Origin: Chrysomallon squamiferum
Taxonomy: Eukaryota > Animalia > Mollusca
NCBI GenBank assembly: GCA_012295275.1
Contig: CM022670.1
Span: forward strand, 15,128,001-15,192,000
Direction of reading: 5' to 3'
DNA: 64,000 nucleotides
Each line of letters opens with the position of its first letter. Within the stretch, counting starts at the first letter, position 1. The notes under the pieces were generated by a model, which saw only the letters and a list, made by a program, of their open reading frames with translations, was not told the DNA's origin and did not search any database. This document shows positions 1 to 12,908 of the stretch, one piece after another. The translations under genes and the position numbers were made by a program.

Positions 1-267
1 AACATTACTGTAAGATTTCATGTAAAGAGCAATATGTGTACTTACAGGTCAGAATTAACTCTTGCATGTTAGAACTCCAGAGAAACATACAGTAAAACTG
101 AGACACAAAACACACACAAAACTAAACACATAATATTATGATCACACATTTTACAGTATTTTCTACTAAAGCAAGAAGCAAGCCTGATTAAATTACCGTC
201 TTTAACTTTGAGAATAGTCTTATCATTATTTAATTAAGGACTGGATTATGAGACTAGGAATACTCAC

Positions 268-413
268 TGTTGTGAGAGCTTGGGAGTTGAAATTAACTTC
301 TGAATGAACTCATCAAGACCTTCCCGTCTTTGCCGAATGAATTCTGGGTCAAGATTTCCAAATATCTTTTTTCCTGGTAGTTTCAAATTGGCATCAGGAT
401 AAATCCTTTTAAT
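268..413 (-). CDS. SGK3: SGK3-like coding exon 4 (PX proline-rich loop and helices)
   Basis: atttcag acceptor, gtgagt donor; [48 protein letters not shown] + 2 nt. Confidence 0.9.
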
Positions 414-1517
414 CTGAAATAGAATGACAAGAATTTTTAGAAAAACCTAGAAGATAAAATACATGAATATTATATATATATATGTATATGTATTATTCCT
501 CATGTAAAACCCACACACATTCATACCTGCTTGCTATACAAACAAAATGTCAAAACAGCAATGAATTTGTGAACTGTATATTCCAAACTGTTTTCTGCTA
601 CTGAAAATCAGAAGCTGAATGATTAACTATCAGTCAATGGAAGCTGCTATGTTTAAACAGAATCAGAATCTAGAATGTTACAGTGTATAAAATCTATTTT
701 AGGAAGATAATGTTGTATTTAAATTACACAAGAAATTAGAATATTATAGAATCTCTATTTTAGGAAGACCAAGAATTATCTTTTAGTCAGATGTCTAACC
801 AACAAATACAAAATACACTGATTTTATGTAGCATGTTTTAAAGATAAATCAGAGTTCTGCTCTGTAAAATGTGTTATACAGATTTATGAATATCAATCTG
901 TATTAAGCAATAATGTGTATATCAATGCTTTGCAAATCTCAGTACCAAATAAAACTTTTTAGATTAAGACTGAGGAAATCTATTTGTCTCTAAGTAATGT
1001 TTAATAACTTACTTTATACAGCATGTTTATACTGCCTCATTTTATCAACAAGTGTGAATGATAATGTATGTAGATTGAAGTGTTTTAAATTTTGTATTGA
1101 AACCAGTCCATTTTGCACAGCTCTTTGAGTGAAGAGTCTTTCTGCTGTGATTTATAAACTTTTAAAATTTCTGTATTGTTTTATTTTACTATTTTCATAC
1201 CTCTGTCTGTCACCCAATAGCTAATTTGGGTTTTTTTTTTTTGGGGGGGAGGCTGGGGTGTTGTTAAACATTCATGCATTTATAACCAGTCCAGCTCAGT
1301 TTCAAAATGACTGAAGGAATGCAACCTTTATTTTGAATTATGTAAAAGTTCTTGAATGGCCATTCACAGTGATGGTGGGGTCATGTGACTTGTATCACAA
1401 TATACTCAGTGAATGGACATGTCACAAGATACAAGTACCGAACACACACTCAGCTAATAATAATCTCAACTTGAAAGCATTTCCGATAGTACCATGTCAA
1501 GCTGATTTCCCATGAAG

Positions 1518-1549
<32 letters not shown>

Positions 1550-2528
1550 AACTACATTAAAAAGTATGTAATTTTTATTAATGAAATATGATTCAGAATA
1601 AAAACTTGATGATAACAGACAAGTCTGGGTAAGATAAACACAATGAAAGTTTCTCAAGGTATAAGAAATCATTTGGGTTAGACTGGGTTAACCCAAATAT
1701 CGGCTGATAACATCTAATGTTACAGTGTGTGTGTGTGTGGGGGGGGGAAATGAGGTTAATTTATATATTTTCAAATACAGACAACTGCTGCTTAACCATT
1801 TTTCTGGCATATCTGGGGACATTACAGAAGTGGTTTGACGATAGTAATAATATGTACAGATGAAATATTTTTCAAAAATTTATTTTGAGTAATAATGTTT
1901 ACTCATGAAATGTTTTGACAACTAACAAGTGCAAGGACATATCTATGTTGAAACTGATGAAACTTGAGCTTCAGGGTCTCTAAACCCAAGGGTGTCCCAG
2001 AACTGACTTTAGTCCACATTTATTTATATTTTTTTTTATCAAAATCTGAGATGTGTCTGAACTGTAAAACCTGACATGGAACACTGCAACCGAAGAACGT
2101 AACAGTGGTTACCCAGATCTTGTTGTTGTTTTTAAGGGGCCTACAAACACATTTCAGCTTCAGGGCCCCCTAAAAATATGTAAGATCTCCCACTGAACAC
2201 ATGCACACTTCATGACATGAAATATGATTTATCAAAGTGTCATCTACATGCACAGACATTCATACATCACAATAAATATGTAAATTATTTATTTATTAAA
2301 AAATATATTAATGTGGTCTGCTTTTGGTTGTGTAAATGTACTATAAATAAAACAAACAGGATAACAAAAAAATAATAATATACAAAATTACATTTCATTA
2401 TGACATCTTTTTTTTTAGTTACACTTGTGAAAAGAATTATTTATAGATGTAGCTAGGAAGACTGCAATATCAGTTTAAAAAGAAAAGAAACAACTGAACT
2501 TTCACAAAGAAAATTACACGGTCAAAAA

Positions 2529-2571
<43 letters not shown>

Positions 2572-5500
2572 CATCACTATTAATCAGGATTATATTTTTG
2601 TTAATGACAAGAATTTTTACCTAAATGTTTGTAGTGCAATGTTGTGAAACTACAATGTTTATTTACCACAGCTATGAAATTCATGGGTCTCTGTTTTAAA
2701 AAACTAAATTTTCTGTTGAGAAATATCCCATCTCAGTCCCCCTTGTGCCCAAAATTCAGAAAATACCTCATTTGTCTGAATTCTCAACAATGTTACCTCA
2801 AATCCATTGCCTCGAATCCATCTATAATTATTGTCATCTGCAGGCATCATCAGTTTGTTAACACCTTTTAGTGCCAGTAAACAAACATGAATGGAATTTT
2901 TTAGCGCCAATAAACAAATACAGGTGACACTTTTTAGTGCTAATAAACAAATATCAATGACACTTTTCTGCGTCATCAAATATTTATGAAAATTTAACTA
3001 CTGAACCTTGTCAACTGTGCCCTTTAGAAGACAGATAATAATAATAAAAAAATGTCCCCTTTTCTACCTTCATGCTGCCTTTTTTTCAGGCTGGGGGAAA
3101 CACTATTCATAGGATGCAGAATATTTTAAATCCAGCACATGTACAAAGACATACATGCATGAGAAACCATAAATCAACTCAAAATGATGTTATTAAAATT
3201 CACTCTCATGTCACTACAGTAATAAAATTACTATATTCTTATTTAACATGTACATGTTAATTTTACTACGATAATAAAATTGCTATCTTATTTAATATGC
3301 ACATGTTAATATTACTACAATAATGAAATTGCTATCTTATTTAATATGCACGTTAATATTACTACAATAATGAAAGTGCTATCTTGTTTAACATGCACAT
3401 GTTAATATTACTACAGTGATAATATTATCATATTATGTACATGTTATTATTACTATAATAAGAAAACTACTATATTATTTAACATGTTTGTTATTATTAC
3501 TACAATAATAATACTGCTATCTTATTTAACATGTACAGATTATTTTTACAATAATAAAACTACTATCTTATTTAGCACATTTGTTATTACTACTACTACA
3601 ACAACAACAATAATACTATCTCATTTAACGTGTAAATGTTATTATTCCTACAGTAATAAAACTACTGTCTTTATTTAACTCTTTGTCATTATTACTACAA
3701 TAATACTACTTTCTTATTTAATACATATACAGTTTAATATTACTACAGTAATAAAACCACTACATTCTCACCTTAACAGGTACACTCAGATCAGGATTAC
3801 CATGCAGATGTCACTGAGAAACGTCAATTCATTTAAGCTTACAGAGAAGTGAGAGGTGACAGAAACACAAGGAAATGACTTTTTTCAGGAGTGACTTGTG
3901 ACATTCACGTAGTTGTTGCCTGCAGCATTTATCAAGTCAAGAGTGAGATATAACAAAGTTTAGCAGATATAATGGGTCATTAGATCTATTCTCGTTAATG
4001 CATGCTTCCTATTCCAGACAGAGATTCGCAAATAGTTTATTCAAGGTTGCCATGGTGATAAATACCTTCCTGTCTATGAGAAGGTGATAATAAGATATTT
4101 CTAACTGCTGAATGATAAAGAGTAGCCCATGGGGTGTCGACAGCAGGTTTCCTCTCTAAAATAATCATTGCAGTGACATTTATTATCATTAATAAATGTA
4201 TAATATTTTATTACCCATCATTTTATTCTTTAATACAATAATTTTCTATAGCTGTTATGAACCTTTATACTTGTACTTTATATCAAACTAAATAAATCTA
4301 TAGACTTGTTTTATATCAAATTAAATAAAACCTATATACTTGTGTTTTATTATCGAATTAAATAAACATATATACTTGTATTTTATATCAAATTAAATAA
4401 ACCTATATACTTGTGTTTTATATCAAATTAAATAAACATATATACTTGTATTTTATATCAAATTAAATAAACCTATACACTTGTGTTTTATATCAAATTA
4501 AATAAACATATATACTTGTATTTAATATCAAATTAAATAAAATTGAATTAAATAAACATATATACTTGTATTTTATATCAAATTAAATAAACCTATACAC
4601 TTGTTTTATATCAAATTAAATAAACATATATACTTGTATTTAATATCAAATTAAATAAACCTATATACTTGTGTTTTATATCAAATTAAATAAACATATA
4701 TACTTGTATTTTATATCAAATTAAATAAACCTATACACTTGTATTTAATATCAAATTAAATAAACATATATTTAATACTGCCACAGGTTATAAACATCTG
4801 AAAATAAACTCTGTTATTACTGTATTCTAGTTCAATGTTTATTATTTGCTTCAGGCATGATGGAACTCTAGATCAAACCTTATCAGTGAACTCCTGTGGT
4901 CATTTATCAGTGACCTCTTGTGGTCATTTTAAAACCATCTGTAGCTTCTTTTTTTTTTTTAAACAAATATTAATTCATTCATTAACCTTGTTATCCAGGA
5001 GTGAAACATAAAAAAAAAAAAGGAACAAATTCAGGTGAAAATAAAACTAAACTTATTACAAAAGTGTTATAATCTGCTATCATATATTTAGTGTATGCAT
5101 AAAGCAATCCAATAATCATATTTTTTTGTATATATATTTAAAACAGAAATATCTACATAGATGAAGACAAAAATGGACTTTAATTATTTACATTAACAAA
5201 AGCTATAAACAAAGGTTTTGTGGTTTATTAAATCATTTTTTTTTTAAAAAGATATTAAAATAAATTATTGAATTCTGCAATGTCATATGAAATCACAACT
5301 ATATTCATATGACACTGCAGAATTCAATAATTTATTTTAACATTTGAGTCTGTATGTATTAGTGGTTTTGTGTATGTGTTTGTGTGTCTCCCTGTTTCTG
5401 TATGACTCATTCACATTATTGTTTCTTCCATTTATATATGTATGTGTGAATGTACTTTGAATCTCACATCTGTGATTTAACTAATTCCAAAATTACCAAT

Positions 5501-6364
5501 ACTTTCTGAAACATGTCCCTGAATTAACAATCTCTGTTTAAAAATCACTGTACTGGAAGAACTAACAACTAACACTTAACAAAGCTATCCCCACAACCCA
5601 GCTGAAGTGTACAGATGTACAGTCTACATAATAAAGTGTACAGACTGTACAGTCTACATAATAAAGTGTACAGATTGTACAGTCTTCATAATAAAGTGTA
5701 CAGATTGGACAGTTTACATAAAGTGTACAGATGTAGAGACTACACAATAACATGTACTGATGTATGGTCTACATAATAAAATAAACAGATTGTACAGTAC
5801 ATAATAAAATGTACAAACTGTGCAAATTGTACAGTCTACATGTGTACGTACTCTACACTCAAACTGAAGTGTGCATATGTAGTCTACATACCAAAATGTA
5901 CAAACTGTACACTATTCATAACGTGTACAGATAGTACAGTCTACATATGGCATTGCCTTCAGATAACACAAGTCTGCAGATAAATATAATCATCAGTCTT
6001 CTAAAGGAATTTGTGCTGCTATAATCAAGTCTAAGTTAATGGCTACAGGATGACGAAAAGAGGAATTGACTGACATTGTTACAGGATCCGCAATATGTTT
6101 ACCACTACAATCAGAATGAGATTAGACGTAAACGTCACAAAAATGTTGACAATAAACAAAGTAAGATTAGTTTACTTTGTGTGTAGGTCCCCATCCCTAG
6201 AATGTTAATATTGTTTACGACTGTTCTCACATAAAGTGACTATCAATGTTATTGATATTTACCTTACACATTTTATATCTGTCAAGGAAAAAGCCCTCTC
6301 TATAAGAACAACAAAAATCAAAGTAACAATGATAATTAGAAAAATAGTTAAAAATAATAAAACT

Positions 6365-6414
<50 letters not shown>

Positions 6415-9400
6415 CAAAAAATTAATAATGATGATATTAATAATATTAAATAATAACAACAAAAACAACAACAATAATAATAATAGTAATTATTATAAAA
6501 AAATAACAACAACAGTAACAGTAGCCTAATAATAATAATAGTGCTAACAGTAGTAGTAATGGTAGTTGTGGTGGTAGTAGTAGCAGCAGCAGCAGTAGAA
6601 TAATATCAAAGATAATAGTAACAGTGAAACTTATAAACATACTGTAAATACAACAATTGATTTATTATCAAAATGAAATTATTTACTCCTACATACTTAC
6701 AAATACCTATGTATTCCAGTACTGACAGAGCTTTTTGAAAAGCAGCTGTTTGAAGTATAGAGGGACCTCTAAATGAAACATCAGGTTTTGAATTAGTGGC
6801 AGTTATTTTAAGGATCTTCTGTTCAAACAGAGTCACCAAGGCAACAGGTTGAGAAGTATATACAGTGAAAATAATTTGTTGTTTGGTTAGAAGTGACAGA
6901 TGGCAATCCTGCCATTTTTTTTTTTATTTTTTTAATAAAATATCCAATAAGAAAATAGAAACGTCTAGATAATTTTGTTTTTTCTTTCAAATTTTAGTTT
7001 GTAATAATAATAATATATATATATATAAAAGGAGTGGTCAGCAAAACAGTTTTATCTTATCATCAAAATAAATGGAATATAATTATGTTTGTGAGTTTTG
7101 GGGACTTGTATTTATTGCTGGTTTTACCAGACCACAAATCACATGTTACTAAGGAGCAGCCAACGGACATTTTCAATTTATTATTATTAATCAGCACTTT
7201 CCCCGTACATCTGTTTAAATGTCAGCTTCCTGCTATGAAACTAGTAAAGAATTAAATCGTTAAGGAACCCATATTAAACATGGCAATACTTGTGTCTAAT
7301 TTAACAAAACAAAGTGACTGGTTTTATATTTCTGCTGTCTAAGCATAATTATAAAAATAATGAAGTATAATGGGGTTGGTTTTTTTGACAGTTATCTTTG
7401 TATGCTTATCTGTTTTATTTTTCTGAATTTTATTTCACAATAAGTCTGTTATCATTTTTTAAATTTTTTTTATTTTGTATGTTCTGTCTAAAAAAGTTTA
7501 AATCTGAATAGAGCCTTGACCATAATAGTATTTGCCCTTTGACCCTGTGACCTGCATTAGAAAACTGAACTAATTACTTGTATAACAGTGAAACTGGAGA
7601 GGGTCACAGTGGATTTCAACAGAAATCTGTGTTCTCTGTCTTCTGTTTGATTTTAAATTTATATATTCACCATTAGTGATTTTATTGTTCATAAAGTTGT
7701 AAAAAATTAAATTACTGAATTATTTATGAAAAATGTATTTGAGATGAGATTGTATAATTCTTTGTTTCTGTATTTAATTAACAGAGTGAAATTAACACTA
7801 ATAACAAAGATGTTTGTGTATATAAATGTGTATTTCTATGAAGGTTATTTTTATTATAGTTATTTTTGACAATATTTTCAATACTGTAGTATCTTATTCA
7901 TCTACTGACTAGTCGTATGTCCCTAACAAATAAGATATCTTCCTCATGTAACCCACACTTTCACCATAACACACAGTGACACACATGGTTGCACACATAC
8001 ATACAACCTCCCTCTCGAAGCACAAATATACATACACACACACACACACACCAGTAAATAAATAAAATTGGTGTCATTATAACTATAAAATTTCATCAAC
8101 TGTCACCAATGAACCTTTTAATCTGCTTTCAAACACATTTTATTCATCAGAATGAAAAACTGATTTCATTTCCACACAGTCAATACAGTTAAATAAAAAA
8201 AAAAAACTGCCTCCTTAATACAGTAACAAAATACAAGAATCTCTGATTACATACATAATACAACAATAATGTACGTTTTTTACGCCTATCCCCATCCAGT
8301 AAACAAATTCTTCTGTAATGATAACATCAGTGTAATTTAGACTTCCCTGTCAATGTTACGAAAGAGAATTTATTAAACTGACGAGATGATTTTACCTACA
8401 TTAACACACCGCTCAGCTGACACTAATATGACACTAATATGACACAGCATACCAGCGCTGGTAACAGGAGATTTATAAACGGATTAGGGAATATTTAAAC
8501 TTAAGCATTTTACAAACAGAACAAATAAATCAAACACTAATAATTGTCAACAAGCGAAAGTACAGTTTCAAACTGATCGTAAGACGGTAAAAGATTTGTA
8601 AAAAAAAAAAAAAAAATTAACATACACGATACGTGCTATAATTGAGTAAGAACACGTGTATATACATTTAACTGACGTAACAGATGGTTGACTTACTTAC
8701 CTAACAGTTACAAGGTAACAACATGGACGAGTAACATCGGACATTAACAGAGAGAGGACAATGTAAGGTTAATGCCGCATAAGAACCCGTGAAAACTAGT
8801 AGCTACGGTCGTGGCTATTCCAGTACGCAGCCTGACCCCAGTGGTTCGTTCTCAAACAACACTCTTTCTGTTTTAAGGTCAATAACCATGCTCCGTGTAA
8901 TCTGCGTTAACAAAACGCACTAAGTACACCGGGTTTCCTGCATTTTACTTTCTGAGTCCCGTATCATTCCTTTCTTTGTCTGGCAGGATTCGGACTGTCA
9001 CAGACTTGTCAAAATATGCTAATGTTTTTGTACGTTGATTAAGCGTGGAATTTTACCCAGAGTTATTTATAGCGCATTGACACACACGGATAAACACACA
9101 AGCATGGGTGTGTAAATTATTCCTGTTTCCTAACTTAAAAGTGCATTGTCATTGCCTTTTACGTCTTTTAAAAAAACATAGTTTAAAAAAAAAAAAAAAC
9201 ATAACATAACATAAAACCTGTATTTCTTCATTTTCGTGGTTAATATCTATACATTTTTATCAATGCAAGATTGACAACATTAAATGTATAATTAATAATA
9301 CAGTTTATTTGTATTCAGTATTATATGCTATGTAAAATATGATTAGCGTGTTGAATAACAGAATTGGCGGAGCCATATACTTAAATAAACAAATATTCAT

Positions 9401-12400
9401 AACAATGAATAATGGTTAAGGAAAAGGACCCGAGCTGACCTGATCTGACCTAATTTTTAATCTTTCATTCATACTGCCCAGCCAACTGGTTCACGAAAGA
9501 GGCTGTTTCCAGATGGAGAAATTCATAACAAAAGTCGCGAATGTTGATGTTTTGAAGCATAGTCAGTATTTTCACTATGTGTAGAAAAAACACACTGGGA
9601 AAAATTCAACTGGAGAAACGACACTTGATGGGTCCTATGAAAATAGAGCGGTAAAAGCTCCCCCTCCATATCATATAATACATTCATTTTTACTAACATT
9701 TAAAATAGGAATTCAAGGGATTAAACCTTTAGATATATGATTTTAAAACGTTTAGGAGTGTAATATTTGATTTGATAAGGCGATTATATACTTACTGGGG
9801 TTTTTTGTGTGGTTATTTTTTTTTATAGTTATAATAATTTTGAATACATATAAACAGAAAAATGAAATTTTATTAAGAAAACAAAAATGAAAATTAATAA
9901 TAATAATAAAAAAAAAACCATGAAAATTAATTAAAAAAATAAAATAAAGTAAGTATAATTATTCAGCAGTGTTAAATTTAATGTAGAAGGAACCTGTATC
10001 ATCACTCTTTCATTAACAAATCAATGAGTAAGGATAAATTTAATAAATGTTTTTCAGTCAAGTAAATATTTTCAAAACCATTTTTATATTTTTGATATTC
10101 ATGAAATACAGTTTAAGAGCCAAAAATGTACAGCTAGCAAATCAATCTAACCCAATGGATTTACAATTCATTTTTTGCTGATGTTTTCACTTTTTATCAG
10201 CAGTGGTTGCCCCAAAAACACAAAAAATTCATTTCCATATACATCTGCATAAAAATAAAAAAAAAATGAAATTTGCCTTGATTGCTAGCAAAATAGAAAT
10301 TAAGTTTGACTCACCTTTTCAAACAATGTGTGGAATTCGTTGTATCTTCGGAAGATGAACCATGTCTTACCATTGGCATTGACAACCACTTTGTACACCT
10401 GCAGAGGGAAAATTCGAGAGAGCATGTTAGAAAACTGACGTTTTGATGACGACTGCTTTAAATCTTTTCTCTTTCCCATTTTCACTTTCCTGGTAAATGA
10501 TGAGGCTGACATCATATTTGTTAATGTTCAGTTTTCAACTGACAAAAAGAAGTTGGGCCGTTTTTTTTTGTTTGTTTTAGTATCAACGTATAATCTATAA
10601 CGCTGTTCTGGACTTTGGGAAGTTTGTAAGTAAACAAATTGTGTTTTTAATTTTTGCAACTGTTCTCCTTAGGTGGACATTTGTGTAGAAATACAGAATT
10701 AAAATAACAAACTTGTTACTGAAGGAATAAATGTTCCATTGTTGCCTGGTAACCAAACATATAAATCCAACGTGGCTGAGTTTATGTGAAATGAATAGCA
10801 AAATATAAATCTCTGATAGATCAATACACTTTAACAGATTTCACTTGAGACAATAGTTGTTGTACATAACAAACTCATTCATCAGAGAATCTTCTCTGAG
10901 CTGGAGCCTGCCATTCACTAAACAGCTGCAAGTCTCAGTCTAACTTTTTTTCTTTCTCAGATAACAATTTATGAATGTCACTCATGTGTAAAAACTGCTT
11001 TGTAGTGACATTATAAAAAATGATAACAGGAAGGAACTGGTGACAGGGGCTGAGCACTTTTCATATCAAAGTCACTAGAATTATTTTTTTTATAGAAAAA
11101 ATATTACTTCCAGAAGTTTTAAAACATTTTATACACAATTTTAATTTTTTGATGCACTTTGAAAAGCAGACGTTTTACAGTACTCAGAAATCTTCTGACT
11201 TCTGTGTGAAGATTATCTTTGTGAATGAAACTGCCATCGCTTTAATACTCCTTCAAATCTTTAAAATGACAGTGTATTTTCCTTGAGATGATGGAATTAT
11301 TCACTGATGCAAACCATTGACTGTGACACAAGAAATGGATGCAGCCAGAACATCATTATAATAAAAAGCTACCTGATTTCACAGAAATATATCTTAAACC
11401 AACGAAAGGCAATTTGCATCAAACCATAAAAGTATTTTCAGAAAACAGGAAAATATCATTCAACATGTAATTAGCAAATCAGTTATTTGGCCTAAGCACA
11501 ATTTTCGTAATTACATATAATATCTTCCAGAACTTAATGTAATTCTAAATACCTGTTAACAGATTACTGCAGTTGCCTTTTAATTAAAATTTAAAATATT
11601 TTTGAGTCTACAAGCATTTAGATTTGAAGAATTCTGACAGTGCCTGCATGCACAGTTAAAAAAAAAATCATTTAAATGATTCAAATCAAGAATTGTTACC
11701 ATTGCTAATAAAACGTTGCATGTTTCTACATCTGAAATCAATGCTTTTAGACTATCCATCACACTTGAGCCAAGTGGCTTGGATAATATCATGATGGATG
11801 TATGGATTTTACAAGGCTTTTATTTCATCCAGTGTTCAATAAATTAGAAAATTAATTCTGAAAAAAGCTCATATTAAGAGACAAGACTAATTTTGTTAAC
11901 TGAATCAACAAAAACAATAATTATGTAGCTTTTTAATCAGTGCATACAAATCACCTGTAGAATTAAACTAACTCTTCAGCAAATGGAGTTTTTTAATAAT
12001 TTCTGCTTCCAAGAACATTTTATGTTTTCACCTCCACCACCACCAGAATCATCTGAAGTTCTTTATCACTTATCTATCTATTTTTCAAATTTTTCTTTTT
12101 TTTTTTTTTTTTTACCTGCAAGCAACGCAAAATAAATATAACATGCAAACTAAAGTCTGCAGCTAAAAAGTGGTTAATCCTCCATTAAATATAACCTGTA
12201 GTTATTGCTTTGAAAGTGGAACAAGGAGATTTAGCGGCTTATTGATCAGTTCCAGTGAAATCTGATGATTTGTAAATTACTGCCAGAGAACAGAACAACT
12301 GATGATTACAGAAAATACAACATCTGAGACAATAGGAAATCTGTTTTGAGTGTTTAAATTATGCGCATCACACTGGATGCAGGGATAATAGAGAGATTTT

Positions 12401-12518
12401 TATTTCACAGATTAGTGATTTAACTTCACTGAAATGGTACGCAGGTATAAATGTATGCATGTGTGTGTTTTGTGTGTGTATGTGCTTGATTTTTTCTATG
12501 AGTATATGTTCATGTGCA

Positions 12519-12557
<39 letters not shown>

Positions 12558-12809
12558 TATAAACCCAATACACAGATCAGTAAATGAGAGAAATGTTGAG
12601 GTTTTTGTTTTTGTTTTGTTGCCTTTAAAATATACTAGTTTATAATACTCCTAAGATGTATAAGTTTCTATAAAATAATCCAGTGAATGAAAACAGCAAG
12701 TTCAATTCCCTATTTGATTTTAATTAAAATTAAAATTTGTTTTATCTTATCAGTGTACAGTTAGATACACACATACATGTATATATATACACATATATAT
12801 GTGTGTATA

Positions 12810-12863
<54 letters not shown>

Positions 12864-12872
12864 TATGTGTGA

Positions 12873-12908
<36 letters not shown>

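Noticed and set aside
6236-6640. Poly-I/N/L ORFs, and similar RERE/SLSL/YIYI/CVCV ORFs across the window
   Set aside because: They are translations of microsatellites with no protein-like composition or splice context.
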